This document shows, in pieces, positions 1 through 14,819 of a stretch of DNA of 64,000 nt. A model generated the notes under the pieces. That model ran no database searches. It had not been told where the DNA came from and saw only the letters and a program-made list of their open reading frames with translations. Numbering within the stretch: position 1 is the first letter of the stretch; the number at the start of each line of letters is the position of its first letter. The DNA is from Neocallimastix sp. 'constans' (taxonomy: Eukaryota), in NCBI GenBank assembly GCA_050613775.1, contig JBODTK010000123.1, positions 1 through 64,000 on the forward strand, written 5' to 3'. The position numbers were made by a program, and so were the translations under genes.

Positions 1-1156
1 TTACTCTTCTGATATATTGTTATTTAAGAAAAGACCAATTTTCCTTTTAATAACAGTTAATGCACCAGTAATGAAAAGATATAAGAGATACCAAAATGAA
101 TTTAAAAATAAAAATTGTGATTCTAAACAATTATTATCTTTAGAAGAATTTTGTAAATTAGATGATACCCAAATATTTGATAAAGGACTTATCAATATTA
201 TGAATAAATCAGATTTAAAAATTGAAAATGTTAAGGACACACTTGAAGAATTTTATGACATTTTAGAAGAAAAAAAATTGAATGATTATGAAAGATTAAG
301 ACCATCATGGGATACTTATTTTATGACTTTAAGTTTTCTTACAGCCAGGTATATAATTATTATAATTATTATAATAATAACAGTATTACTTTAAAAATAA
401 TAATGATGATAATTATAAGAATTATAATACTAAAATAATTATAATGTATATATATATATATAATAAAATTAATATAACTATCGTTTGATAATCATTCTTG
501 ATTATATTTATTATAATTAAATATTTAATTAAACATTTTCATATAAAATTAAAATATATAAAAATTTATATATTAATATATTTAAATTAATTTAAAATAT
601 TTAAAATATTTAATTTACACATTTTAGACGTTCAAATTGTATGAAAAGAAAAGTTGGATGTATATTAACAAAAAACAACTATATTATTGCTACTGGATAT
701 AATGGTACCCCAAGACATATTAAAAATTGTTATGAATATGGGTGTAAAAGATGTAATAGTAATGCTTCAATGGGAACTCAATTAGATTTATGCCTTTGTC
801 TTCATGCTGAAGAAAATGCATTACTAGAAGTTGGAAGAGAAAAATCAAAGGGAGCTACTTTATATTGTAACACATGTCCATGTAGTGGATGCACTATAAA
901 AATTAGTAATTATTATTTTTATTTTATATGAATAATATTTCGAACTATATATATATAATATATTTAAATTAATGAATTAATGTGAAATTTTATCTATTAA
1001 ATAATATATTTTCAAAAAGTTCAATGTGGAGTTAAAGAAGTTGTATATGCCTTAGAATATGGACATGATGAAATGATAAAAGGTTTGTTCAAAGAAGCAG
1101 GTGTAACTATAAGAAAATATGATAAAGTCGATTATAATTATTTATTTAATTTTTAG
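1..1156 (+). CDS. DCD1: dCMP deaminase, 3' part; exons <1..348, 628..905, 1020..1156
   Basis: GT-AG splicing joins RPSWDTYFM..TARRSNCMKRKVG..GYNG..CLHAEENAL..TCPCSGC..KIIQCGVKEVVY. The HAE and PCxxC zinc motifs are present. Stop TAG at 1154-1156. Confidence 0.95.
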
Positions 1157-1980
1157 ATTGAAAGCTATAATATAACAAATTTGAATATTATAATTTTGTT
1201 TTATTTTTATATTGAAAGCTAATATAATAAATACAATATATATATATATTTTAATTTTAATAGAAAACATTATAGATAATTTATAAAGAACAAGAAGAAA
1301 TAAATTTTTTATTTTATATTATAATCATAAAATTACATTTATAATAATTACATTTTTTCTTTTTTAATTTAATATAATTTTAAAATTATAGTATAAATTT
1401 ATATATTAAATTATAAATAAAATAATTACATTTTATCATTTAATTTATGTAGCTTTAAATTTTTTTCATTACTGTAGTTAATTTGAAGTACGATAAATTT
1501 ATTTATTTAAGATAAATAAATAGTTATAGATAAATTATAAATAAAATTAAAATCAGTAATTTTTCAATAAATTATATATAATATGTATCTATTTTTAAAT
1601 AATATTTATTGATTCAATGAAAATATTAAAATAAAGTTGAAAATTTGATTGATCTTCAGTTAGTTGCTGAGCTAAAACCTTGATATTTATTTAAGTCATT
1701 GTAAAAGTCCATTTATATATTTATATATATTTATATTCATAGTTATAAAGATATTGATATGAATGTATCAATTAATTAACTGATTAATCGAGTATTAAAA
1801 ATAGTTAAAAATTAATATTTATTAATAAAAATATTTATATTAAAAAGACTTTTTATTGATTTAATGAAAATATTTTATATTAAAATATCGATAATTAATA
1901 TGTTGTACTAATAATTAATATAAAAAGCATTTATTTAGTAATTATTATCATTATATATATATATACAATAAAAAAAAAAA

Positions 1981-1989
<9 letters not shown>

Positions 1990-2015
<26 letters not shown>

Positions 2016-3640
2016 CTTTTCTTAGTTTTTAATTTTTGGTTTTCGAAGAAATTTGCTTTGAGTTTTTAAAGTTAATCTATATTTTTTAATGTAACATATT
2101 ATTTTAATATTTATTAATAAAGTATTATTTTATAATCTTAATTGTTTAATTGTGGCCTTTATACATTTGAGTGTTTAATTTTCTTAATAAATTTTATCAG
2201 AAAAGTTTAGAAGTTGCTTGTGTTATAATAAAAACTTCACATGACATTGAATCTTCAATATTAATAAAAATAAAAGTTTATGTTAAAAGGATAGTGGAAT
2301 TCCTTGAAGATCAACCAGGTAATTATAATCATAACTCCATGTTCGAAGTTAGAAGAATTGAAAGTGGAGAGCTTGGGGAACAAAATACTGATGAATACAA
2401 AAATATAATATAGGATAAATTAGAGGAAAGAAACTCTATTATGGATGATACGCTTAATAATATCCAAAAAAATGAAATAAAAAATAAAACAAAGAAAAGT
2501 TTTCAAGAAAATAACAATTAAAATAACGAAAAAACAAGAAGATGGCAAGAATAAAAAATTTGAAGAAAAGAAAGATATTAGTAATTCAAATATATAGGCT
2601 ATATTAGAGAGTTCAAGCAGCGGCTCAAGCCAAAGTAATATGAATACATAAAAAATGTTAATAAAACGTCATAATTTACATACAAAAATGTTTCATAGGA
2701 TAAAGTACAAGAAATCAGAAAGACTATAATAATATAAACATTGAAGAAAATACAAATAAAATAACATAAATATTATTAATGAAAGAGTGAAATCGATAAA
2801 AAAACAAAAATGAAATTATTCTAAATGAAAATGTTAATATTTACTTTGATGGAAGTGAAAACAGAAGTATTAATGATAAAGAGATATCTACTTAAATAAA
2901 AATAAAAATAGAGATTAAAATTAAAATAAAAATAATGAAAAAGGAATTATTAATACAAATAATCAAATAATAATGGTAAAAAAGAAATTTTTAATTTAAA
3001 TAAAAAAAATGTGAAAGTCCAGTTTAATTTAAATAAAAAAAAAATGTGACAGTTTAGCTTAATTTAAATGAAAATATTTTATATAAAAGTAATTTAAATG
3101 AAAACAATTCTAATGAAAAAATTATTTAAACTTATTTAAAAATTTATATAAATAATCAAAAATCAATATAAAATTCTGAAAATAATACAATAAATCTAAG
3201 ATCAAAATATATTAATATTAAATATCACAAAATCAGAGAAATAACATGAAAATATAAAGTGGAACTCAAATATATATAATCAAAAAGTAATAAAAAACAA
3301 ATGATTTGATAAAATATTTAAATAAGTATAAAATGCAAAATATTCAGAAATTGTTTATAATATGAATTTAATAATAAAAATTAATTGTTACGAGAAATAT
3401 GAAATAATAAATAAATAAATTGTAGTACATAAATTAAATATAAATATTATATTTTATATATTTCCAAAATAAAAAAAAAAAAAATTTTTCTCTTAATTTC
3501 TGATACTTTATTTTCAAGATTTTATTTTGTGTTTGTAATGTTACATTATTCATGTAATATATTATATTAACATTTATTAATAAATATAATAATAGTAGAA
3601 TTTTATAACCCTAATTGTTAAGATGTAGTTTTTTTATGTT
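1990..3640 (+). mobile_element. Decayed Ty1/copia pol remnant, possibly flanked by degenerate LTRs
   Basis: About 3195-3330 reads RSKYINIKYHKIRE..VELKYI, like the copia RNase H end (RSKHIDIKYHFIRE). VEFLEDQPGN near 2290 resembles the post-integrase segment. 2010-2170 and 3480-3650 are loosely similar. Confidence 0.55.
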
Positions 3641-4289
3641 TGTGAGTTGTTTTTTTCTTGATTCTGTTAAGATTAATAAATTTTAAAATAATCAATTATT
3701 TAAAGAATTAGATAATAAATAAATTAGTGGGTTGTATTTTATTTAAGTGGTTCTTACATATGTTATCGTTACTCAAAGTGGGAAACGCTATATTTTATAA
3801 AGTTGCATTTCAAAAAGTTACATTTTGGAAAATGTGGCATTTAAAATTTTAAATAAATTAATAAATAACTTAAATAAATCCAGTAATAACTGGTAACTAC
3901 TTAATAATTATACTATATATTTATTCATATTATCTTATATATATATTTGTTTACTATGTAATTTATTAAAGAGTATTTAAATTTTTGTTTTATATAAATT
4001 TGTTATTGTTAATTTTAAAATGATTCAATAATTATTATTCATATATCATATTTCAATATATAAAATACGTTTATTTTATATTGAATATATTTATGTGAAC
4101 AATCATTTTAAATATTTTATATGACTTGTATAGATATAATATATGTATTCATGTAATATACATTCTATATAAAACATCATGAATGCACTATTTAATTCTC
4201 TCCTTATTAACTGTAATACTTACATATTATTATATTAAATAAATAAACAACTTAAATCGGATCAAGAATCTCAATTTGATTCTAGATAT

Positions 4290-4342
<53 letters not shown>

Positions 4343-4347
4343 TTGAT

Positions 4348-5210
4348 ATGTCTCAAGAAATTACTTTAGCTAAAGATCAAAGCCTTCACAGAAAGTCCAA
4401 CTTCAACAAATGGAAATTTCTTATTTCAAACGCTGCTAAAACTTATAGTATTAAGGAATTTTTGGAAGCTTATATTATTGATCATTAAAATGATGATTTT
4501 TTTTATTTACATTCCAAACTGTAATGATACATTATTACCAACTTAAACCTCGCAATCTCAGTTAAAGAACCTGCTCCTGTTCGAGACAATAATGTTGAAG
4601 AAGAAGATATAAGCAATAATGCACCAATGGCTGTTTATAAAAATGTTCAAAATCTATTATTGAATGATAGAACCAACAGATTAATTATCAAAATGGCTGA
4701 AAAAATTGATGCCAAATTAATATTACTGATTAGTAAAAATGTTGACAAAAAAAAAGAGATTAGTTTTCTAACTAACAGGTATCGTATTATGGAAAGGCTC
4801 AAGGGAAAATATCGTAACAACAATACTGATATGGAGCTTAAAAGACTCAGAAGTTTAAAGTCAAAGAATAAAAACGAAGTAATTAGAATGTTAGACCAAA
4901 CAAAGAAAATCTTTACAGAAATGGAAGAAATTGAATTAGGTATTACAAACAAAAAAGATTTAAAATTTATATAATATTCTTATTGATTATTATAAAAATA
5001 CTGTTCAACTCGACTTGAACAATAATCCCGATGAGTGCTTTGAAACTCTTAAAAGAATAATCTTTGTAAGGTCATATGTTGAAAAATGGGATGATTCTAA
5101 AGAAAAAGGTGAAGATGATGATCAATCCTATGGATATTAGCAAGAGGAAAAGAACTCCAAAATTAAGCAAAATGCCTCATAACTTAAATAGCAACGAGAA
5201 AAATAATCTA
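4348..5210 (+). mobile_element. Decayed copia-type gag fragment
   Basis: MSQEITL..SNFNKWKFLI.. then DAKLILLISKNV..IMERLKGKY resemble copia Gag (UBN2-like). Frameshifted. Confidence 0.5.
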
Positions 5211-7199
5211 GGTACTTTTTTATCCTACAAATATAATCAATTTCCTATCAATGCACACTATTTCTTCATTTTAGTATTGGACCATGAGTGTAAACTACGG
5301 ATAAAAATCAACCTTGTGTTATCAATAGATGTTCCATAACAGCTAGAACCCTGGTGAAATATCTTTTCATAATGAGTTAGATTATAAATTAATAAAAATG
5401 AAACTACTATAAACTAAAATACTAAAATGTAAGGGATATAAATATAAAATAAAAAATATTAAAAATATAACAAATAAAAATTATATGAAGTTTTTTCTTT
5501 GTGCCATATTTGATATTAATTTAAGTAAAATAAATTGGTTGTATATTTTGTTATAATGAATAATTTTTTTTTATCTTTTGAGTCATTTGAATCATTGTTT
5601 TACTTTTAGATTAATAAAGCTCTGTGTAAGAAACAATTTTCTGTAGAATAATCATATATTAAATAAAATATAAAGGTAAATAAAATGTTAGTGGTGAAAA
5701 AAATATAAAAAGATTCCCATCAATTAAATAAATTCTTAAACATAAGCTTTGGAGATAATCAATCTCCTACATTTCCATTTTACACTATATTACCTGAGTT
5801 TATATATAATACCATGCCAAAGTAAGAAATACAATAGAATCATTACAATGATAATATGTAGAAACTACACGATATTATTGATTATACAACTCCAATGTTA
5901 CTATATATCCAATTTAAAGCAATATAAAACATCAGGGTTCATTTTCTATTGTCTTCTAACATTCCATATTTTCTCTTTTCGTACATGAAGCCACTTAAGA
6001 AAGGATAACTATCGATTGTCACTAGAATAATAGAAAACTGTAATTAGTACACCCGATATAGGCTATTCCTTTTCCTTCAACGTTCAATGGACCTGGAAAA
6101 ACAGTTCATATCACTGGGGAGAGGAAAGAATCAGTATGTCCCAACTCGATGAATTAATTACATGGATATATATATATTATAAAAAACACTCAATTAATAA
6201 AAAAAATATTATTTATCATATTTAAACATTATTATTTGTTTTTTTTATTTACAGCCGCATATATTATGAATTTTAAACTTTATTTATTTATTCATTTATT
6301 AACTACATGAATATTTTTTTATATATATATAAAAAAACTCAATAAAAAAAAAGAAAATTCATAAAAAAGTAGATATGTAACGAACCTTATCTCCATTTTT
6401 TTTCTTTTTTTTTTAGAGCAAATTATTGCAAGCTTTAATCTTTATTTATTTATTAATTTATTAATTACATGAATATTTTTATTATTAAAAAAAACACAGA
6501 ATTAATAAAAAAATATATATTTGTCAAATTAGAACATAATAATATTTAAAATAGTAACGTGAGATAAGCAGTAGCATTCAAAATTAAGTATATAAATTAA
6601 TTCAGAAAAAAATTCATATGTAACAAACATCACTTCCATATTACTTATTCCGAATTAGGGTTTGAACTGATTATCTGAAAGAAATTATGGTCTTCTCCTG
6701 AAAAAGCATTGACCCTGCTAAACTGTCTTACTGCATGTTCAGAGTGACTCCTGATTATATTGCATTTATACTTTCTGAATAATAACCCTTATCGAGTACT
6801 AGCAATAGGCTCACCTCCAGATTATAATATTTTTGTTTAAAAGAACTTTCAAAAAGATTTTTTTTAGATTAGGAAGAGAATACACTTCCAGTGATTTATT
6901 AAAATAGATAATTATATTTTTATATAATACTTTTTTTTTAAAAAAATACACTATATAATTTAAAGATAAAATAAAATGTATGTAAAAGATAAAGTAAAAT
7001 TAAAAATAATAAAAATAAATAAAAAAAAAATTTTTAATTAATCATAGAAAACTTAATGTAATAAAGAATAAAAATAAGTTCAAAAGTTAAAAAAATTTCG
7101 ATGTGATGTATACTATGTGTAGCAACATGATTACCAGTTAAATCTGAAATAATTAAACAAAGAAGTAACATCTTTAAAAAAGATAGTGTGGTATCCACT

Positions 7200-9900
7200 A
7201 AACTCTACCCTAAATCACAAGAAAGACCTTCAAAAAATGAATTACCAGCTCTAGGTTCTTTGTTTGGAACTGTGTTATTAGTAAATATGTATGTATGAAA
7301 ATTAACAGGAACACTAACTGCATTATTCTTTTGCCATATCTGTACAATATCGGCACTCTTGATAATGAAAGTATTTTTGTTAAACCTCTCAAAAAGTAAT
7401 TCAAGAGAGCTACTGATGATAGGTATTGTATTAGCGAGATATTCCGCAAGCCCCACAATATATGGAAAAGTAGACCCCTGTGAACTTTTTAGGAGTTATT
7501 CACTTAAATGTCCCCCTTCCCCAGTATCGAATGGAAGCTCATATATAGCTGAAATTCCACCAAGAAGGAATATATATATATATATATATATACTTGTTTA
7601 TGAAATTTTCATATTCTAAAATTTAGAATAAGAAGGAATGAAGTAAAGATTCCTTACTTTATTAGCAAATAAAATGAAAAAGTCATAAATAAAATCTAAA
7701 GATTTACATTGACATAGAGAAATGATAGAGCATTCAAAAATCCAGTGGATAAAAGATTGATCGCCTTTTCCACAACAAGGGAAAAATTTAGGATAAACGT
7801 CAGAAACTCTACCACTTCTAATTGCAATAGTGACGATGTATTTATAACCATCTCTTAGTCTTAAGATCCAGTTAAAACCTAAACTTAAATGAGGGTATTC
7901 AAGGCTGAGCTTGAATAGAATTTTAGTATTTATAAATTTAAAGTTATCGTATTACGTACCTTAAATGATCTGTTGTTGCTAAATTCGAAGGAATTTAGCA
8001 ACAACAGATCAATAAGATTTAATAACATCTTTGAATTTAGTGATATTCTTTTTCTTAATTTTCTTTAAGATCACCAGTGATTTTTTTAGACCAAGAATAA
8101 CGTGGCAAGGAAGAGATATAGTTTATGATATCTTTAATGATACATTTTGAATTTTTCCATTATCAAAAATATTTTATTTGAAGAGAAGCACAAAAACCAG
8201 CAATTGGAAATACTTGAAGATCACGAGATAAGGCATAAATACTAACAGTTGAGTTCCTTTTGATATAGCTCTTACATTTTTTCTTCATTTCAATGTTAAG
8301 ATAATCTTCCTTGTTCGAGGAGGCCGAATCAATACACCACAACAATGAAGTGGTTAATTAAGGATTTGACATTCGTAGAATTGTTTTTGTTTGAACCTAG
8401 AAGTGGAACAAAATATAATGCTTTGCTAATAATATATGATTGAATAATAGATCTTTTAAAAGTTAAAGAACTTTATTATTGGATAAAAAACTAGAGAAAG
8501 AAAATAAGGTTTTTCTAAACTTTAGTATTCATAAATGATAATAGGCTTAAAGGGAAAGATCATTACTGAAGGGATAGATGTGATTATCCCAATCACATTT
8601 TAAATTAAAAATTTTTCTTGTGTAATTCAAAAATGTAAATTATTCTTTGATTTATAAAATAATAAGCAAAGTAAATAAATCATATGAACTAAATTTTTGA
8701 ATTATATTCTTTAAGCTACAAGATAAATTTTTAATGTAATAATTTTTATAAAATTTAATTCTGAGAAAATTATTGTTTTAAAATAATTTAAATGAATTAA
8801 TTAAAGTTTAAAACAAAATAAATTAATAATTTATTTTGTGAAAATTAAGTTTCAAAATTTAATCATGACTCCTTTAACATTGTTTTTAAATCGAAAATAA
8901 ATAAAGACTTTACTTATAATATTAAAATAATAAATAGATAATAAATATACTTAATTTTAATTATTTAGTATTTAGTTTAATTAATAATTATAATTTTCTA
9001 AATTTAGCTATAGTTTATAAATTTATTATTTAATAAAATTCATTAGGATAGTTTTATATTAAAATATATGTAATTTAAATAAAATAATATATTATCAATG
9101 TATTTAGGAAAAGTATAAATAGAAGATACTTTTCACATTTTTTCTCGATGTAATTGTTATTGAACAAATAACTATTAATAAATATTAAATATTAATAAAA
9201 TATATTTTTAATATAAATTTTTTTTTAATAAAATAAAATTTATTGTATCTTTGTTATTGTAATCTATTTTAGTGTCTCTTTTTACAATACCTAAGTAAAT
9301 ATACATAGATTCTTTAGGGATAGAATATATACCAAAGTAAAACATATTTTCTTCATAACCAGGATATGAAACAAAATTTAAGGGTTTAATAACTGTCGTA
9401 GCGCATTTATTGATACCAAAAGACATTTCATTTTTATTAACCCAATAAAAAACATGATGAAGTGGAGCCTTTATTTTTCTTTCACTAGGGGCTATAAGAA
9501 CAAAAATTATCAGCAAAAAGACCACCACAACATTTTTTATTACCAATACTAACACCATATTTATCACAATTACTTAAAATATCATTAATGAATAAATTAA
9601 ACAAAATTGGTGATAACGGGCAACCTTGCCTAGCCCTACAATGAATAGGAAATTTATTTGATAATATATCAAGGTAACGAACTCCAGTTTTATAAGCAAA
9701 GTAAGATAGAGCTTTGAAATAAAATCAAGATATTTGTCACGGATACCAAGGTGAAAGATTTTTGTAATAATGAAATAATGGGTATAAAAAAAATTCATAA
9801 AATAGTAAATATGTAACGAAGTTTCTGTTTAAAAGGACTCTCAAAACGATATTTCTTAAAAATATTTATCTTTCTCAACATTTTAATTTTAACTCAATCT
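7200..9900 (-). mobile_element. Decayed non-LTR retrotransposon (LINE) RT and C-terminal Cys/His region, split by a solo LTR
   Basis: Minus strand: RQGCPLSPILFNLFINDI (~9575-9635), GGLFADN (degenerate FADD, ~9510), MSFGINKCA, YIYLGI|PFS, and a C-terminal PCCGKGDQSFIHWIFEC (~7730-7785). Confidence 0.88.
8577..9286 (-). mobile_element. Solo LTR, copy 1 of a TGTAA...TTACA family, inserted in the LINE
   Basis: Near-identical to 12786-13488 and 16470-17159. Interrupts the LINE YLGI|PF codons. One terminus has lost about 8 bp. Confidence 0.85.
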
Positions 9901-10619
9901 AAAAGAAAAATGTTCCCTAAAGATGGAACCTATATATATATTTTTTTCTTTTCTTTTTTTTTTTTTTTATTTTATTTTTATTTATTTATATATTTTAATT
10001 TTATTATTTCTTATAAATAATATTAATATATCTTTTATATATCTTTTAATATACCTTTCAAATATAAATAAAAAATAATAATAGATTTAATATATGAATA
10101 AAAAATTTTAAACCTAAATAACATAAAATTATATAAAAATAATAATAGAAGCTTTATATTTTTTTTTTTAGATTAAGAATTATAAAAATATAGTATAAAT
10201 ATATATAATTTATTAATAAATATATAATAATATAATATTTTAAATTATTTTTAATAATTTAAAACATTACTATTATACTTTCATTAATAATTATAATAAG
10301 ATTAAGATTATGAAATGAATAATAAAAAAATATATAAATATAAATATAATATTTATGATATAAAAAAATAATAAATCAATAATAAAATATAATTAAAATA
10401 TGAATAAAAATAAAATATTTAATAAATAATATAAAATAATAATAATAATATATAGATAAGCAATCTAAAAAATTTGAAAGATTGATTTAATAATTTATTA
10501 AATATTATTGATTCTGGGAATTCTGATAAATTATATAAATTATCTAATAACCAATTATAGTTATTATTTAATTATAATATTAAAATAATTATATAATGTA
10601 TTGTTAACAATAGATTATA

Positions 10620-11079
10620 TTTTTATACTATTTAATAATTTTAATAATTTTATAATATTAATAGTATATAATAAATTTTATAATAATATTTAATTAATAA
10701 TTTTAATAATTTATAGTATCTTAAAAGTATATAATTTTAATATTTACAATAGTATTTTAATATACACATATATTTAATAATATAACAATAAAGTAATTAA
10801 TTAAGATTGATTTAAAATTATTTACAAGTTAAAATTAATTTATATCAAAATAAATTAATTTTTATAATTACGTTTAGGTTATCAAGAATATAGGAAAGTA
10901 CAATTTAGTAAAGAATTATTATATTAAAATTAAGATATGAAATAGCTTTATAATTAATAACGTTACTGGGTTAATATGTTGAACTATATATTAATAATCC
11001 AACAATAATTAATTATTAATAAATTGGTAATTAAATAAAATATGATTATTTAAACACTTAATATTTAAAGAATAATTTA
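10620..11079 (-). mobile_element. Partial LTR (family A), matching 14505-14819 and ~20820-21126
   Basis: Shared block AACAATAAAGTAATTAATTAAGATTG..GGTTATCAAGAATATAGGAAAGTAC. The family also lies next to the gypsy PBS. Confidence 0.7.
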
Positions 11080-11242
11080 ATAAGCCCAACTAATAACGCT
11101 CAATGATATACGAAAATATTTTAATATAAACCTTATTTAATAGAGAAATTTATTATTTATCTGAAATAATAAATTTAATTATACAAAAAATTTATTTTTG
11201 TTTACTTTTTTATTTACTAAAACAATAATTATAAATAAAGCA

Positions 11243-11278
<36 letters not shown>

Positions 11279-11315
11279 CTAAACTACTCTCTTAAAAAAA
11301 AATATTTATTTTTAT
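11076..11315. repeat. Direct repeat B, copy 1; probable LTR segment of the copia element at 12-14 kb
   Basis: TTTAATAAGCCCAACTAATAACGCTCAATG...AAATCCTAAACTACT recurs almost identically at 13982-14220. Confidence 0.75.
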
Positions 11316-11433
11316 TATATTATCATTTTCATTTTGAGGATTTTCATTTTTTGTTGTTATTTTGAATAATCCATTATCAATTTCAATTGTATCAATTGAA
11401 TTTTTTTTATATTTAATTGTTTAATATTGTCTT

Positions 11434-12013
11434 TGTAATGAATCCGTCAATAAAACAGATTATAACAATAAAAAACACTACAATTTAAACAAATAGAATT
11501 AAAGTAATTTCTTTTATTAATAAATTCTTTTATTAATTATAAACTTCTCTTATGTTATTAACTGTAAAATAGTTAATAACTAATACATCGATTTAATTAA
11601 GAAAAATTACATATATTTATATTTTTTCTTATTACATTATTAATATATGATGTTATTTAATAATATATATAAAACTATTTATTTATAAACAAAAGATTTT
11701 TTAATTAATAATTTTTATTATTTATTAATTTACTAAAACTAAAATTAATTTTTTAAACTCTTTATTTTATTTATTATTTTAATACTTATAATAATTTTAA
11801 TTATATATTTAATATTGAAAAACTATTTTTATAAATATTAACTATTAAAGATTATTCCTAAATTAATATTTAACTATTTAAAACTAAACTAAGTTAACTA
11901 AACTAATTAAAAAATATTTTCAATTTAAAAAATAATTAATAAAATTTATATTAAAAAATAATTCATATACATTAAATAAATTAATTGTACCAAAAATTAA
12001 GCTATTTAATGTA
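11434..12013 (+). mobile_element. Truncated LTR of a related TGTAA subfamily
   Basis: Starts TGTAATG..CAGATTA and shares TATTAACTGTAAAATAGTTAA with the LTRs at 27715 and 28999. The copia protease ORF stops at its edge. Confidence 0.6.
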
Positions 12014-13892
12014 TTAAAGATTTATTAAATCTTTACAGTTTTTAAATAATTTCATATATTTTTTGTTATTTTGATTGCAAAATAAGCAGTTGATATTATT
12101 ATCTAATAAATCTATGATAGATAATAAATTCCTTCTGCCGTTTTCAAAAAATATGGCATTATCAATATTTAATATTTCTGTTCCAATTTTTATTTTTAAT
12201 TTTCCAGAAATATTAGATTTGTTTATTTTATTATTTAAAAATTTAATTAATGTATTCTTTAATTCTTTCGTCTTTAATATTTCAGGATTATTGATTATGG
12301 TCTGAGTGGTCCCTGAATCAACCACCCAATCAATTAAAAATTATTGTTGTCATTGGAACCATCGACATTTACTTCAACATTATAGTTTTCTTCTTCTTTC
12401 TTTCTTTCTTTCTTTTTCATTCAATTTTTCCTTTTCGTTTTTCTTCCAGTTAAAAAAGGAGTCTTTCATGTTGCACTGATAGAAAACATGTTCAGTTGAA
12501 CCACAGAGAAGACACCTTTTTTTTATATAAAGGTTGTGCATCATATGGTTGATTATTGGATCTAATTTCTCCCAAATTTTTCTTGGTGTTTAAAGTGTTA
12601 GTTTCCTTTTCTCTTAAAGATAATTCTATTATTTGTTTAATGATATTCATTTCTTCATCTTTGACTACAGCATAAGTTAATCTCTCATAGATACTCGGGT
12701 AGTACTGTTTAAAGCTCATACGTAAATAATATAGTTTATTATTGCTTTCAATCTTATCAAATAGAGGATTTATTTTTAACATGACTGTAATGATGTGATT
12801 ATCCCAATCACATTTTAAATTAAAAATTTTTCTTGTGTAATTCAAAAATGTAAATTATTCTTTGATTTATAAAATAATAAGCAAAGTAAATAAATCATAT
12901 GAACTAAATTTTTGAATTATATTCTTAAGCCACAAGATAAATTTTTAATGTAATAATTTTTATAAAATTCAATTCTGAGAAAATTATTGTTGTAAAATAA
13001 TTTAAATGAATTAATTAAAGTTTAAAACAAAATAAATTAATAATTTATTTTGTGAAAATTAAGTTTCAAAATTTAATCATGACTCCTTTAACATTGTTTT
13101 TAAATCGAAAATAAATAAAGACTTTACTTATAATATTAAAATAATAAATAGATAATAAATGTACTTAATTTTAATTATTTAGTATTTAGTTTAATTAATA
13201 ATTATATTTTTCTAAATTTAGCTATAGTTTATAAATTTATTATTTAATAAAATTCATTAGGATAGTTTTATATTAAAATATATATAATTTAAATAAAATA
13301 ATATATTATCAATGTTATTTAGGAAAAGTATAAATAGAAGATATTTTTCACATTTTTTTCTCGATGTAATTGTTATTTAACAAATAACTATTAAATATTA
13401 ATAAAATATATTTTAATAAAAATTTTTTAATAAAATAAAATTTATTGTATCTTTGTTATTGTAATCTATTTTAGTATTTTCTTTTACAATGACTTTGCAG
13501 TAACGTTTCCATAAGTTCTCGAAATCGGCGATGTATGTTCTAACTTCTTCTCCCTTATAAACTAATTCTTCTAGATTTCTTTTATACTTTCTCGCCTTTT
13601 CTTCATCAGTCTCACAGTAGTAGATCTTTAAGTATTCCCATAGTTCATAAGCTGTATCAATATCTCCCACTTTCATCCAAGTTTCTTCACTCAAGTGTTT
13701 ATATATGATTCTTTTAGCCTTAGAATCATCCTTTTCCGATACTGTTCTGATGTTTAAGGTATTTTCTCCGTCTCTCTCAGTATTAGTATCATTTGGGGTA
13801 ACAGTATGCTCAAGTTTAGTATCCTCCAATTTACCCATTATTAAATTACTCCATATTTTATAGTTTTTCTTATTAAGTATAATTCTTTCCAT
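12014..13892 (-). mobile_element. Ty1/copia gag-protease remnant split by a solo LTR
   Basis: Gag LNKKNYKIW..DSKAKRII..TAYELWEYLK; zinc knuckle C-x2-C-GSTEH-VFYQ-C (~12470-12520, frameshifted); protease WVVDSGT..NLLSI. Removing the LTR restores KRYCKVMLKINP in frame. Confidence 0.88.
12786..13488 (-). mobile_element. Solo LTR, copy 2, intact ends, 5-bp TSD ATGAC
   Basis: ATGAC(12781-85)-TGTAA...TTACA-ATGAC(13489-93). Confidence 0.92.
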
Positions 13893-13981
13893 TTTTATTT
13901 TAATATAATATAATATACTTTTATTTTATTAATCTTTTATTGTCTTTTTATTTTCTGTACACTTGAGACTCTTAATCTCTT

Positions 13982-14147
13982 TTAATAAGCCCAACTAATA
14001 ACGCTCAATGATATGCGAAAATATTTTAATATAAACCTTATTTAATAGAGAAATTTATTGTTTATCTGAAATAATAAATTTAATTATACAAAAAATTTAT
14101 TTTTGTTTACTTTTTTATTTACTAAAACAATAATTATGAATATAGCA

Positions 14148-14181
<34 letters not shown>

Positions 14182-14220
14182 CTAAACTACTTTCTTAAAA
14201 AAAAAATATTTATTTTTATT
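13982..14220. repeat. Direct repeat B, copy 2
   Basis: Copy of 11076-11315, just upstream of the minus-strand copia gag. Confidence 0.75.
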
Positions 14221-14504
14221 TTTTTTCTTAATCATACTATATTTGTATTAATGACTAATTAATATATATATAAATATATAATTTTTTTTTTTTTTAATAT
14301 TGTTATATTAAAATACTTTTCTGTTTACTTCCATATATTGGAAGGGCTCTTTAAATGACTAAATTAATTTAATATAAATCAATATTTAATTTAATTAATA
14401 TTAGATAATAATTTGAAGAAGATTATGTAATAATAATTTCATACATTCGTACGAAAAAAAAACTTTTGTAATTTTGATGAAAGGAATTTTAGTTTGAAAA
14501 TCTA

Positions 14505-14819
14505 ACAATATAACAATAAAGTAATTAATTAAGATTGATTTAAAATTATTTAAAAGTTAAAATTAATTTATATCAAAATAAATTAATTTTCATAATTAGG
14601 TTTAGGTTATCAAGAATATAGGAAAGTACAATTTAGTAAAGAATTATTATGTTAAAATTAAAATACGAAATAGCTTTATAATTAATAACGTTACTGGGTT
14701 AATATGTTGAACTATATATTAGTAATCCAACAATAATTAATTATTAATAAATTGGTAATTAAATAAAATAAAATAATTAATTAGATTATTTAAACACTTA
14801 ATATTTAAAGAATAATTCA
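14505..14819 (-). mobile_element. Partial LTR (family A), ending GAATAATTCA
   Basis: Matches 10775-11079. The terminal CA on + is the TG start of the LTR on the minus strand. Confidence 0.7.

Noticed and set aside
5700..6830. GC-richer patches that look like decayed coding sequence
   Set aside because: No recognisable motif in any frame; left unassigned.
8577..8600. Terminal hairpin suggesting a Helitron or tyrosine-recombinase element
   Set aside because: The intact copy shows TGTAA...TTACA ends with a 5-bp TSD, so it is an ordinary LTR.
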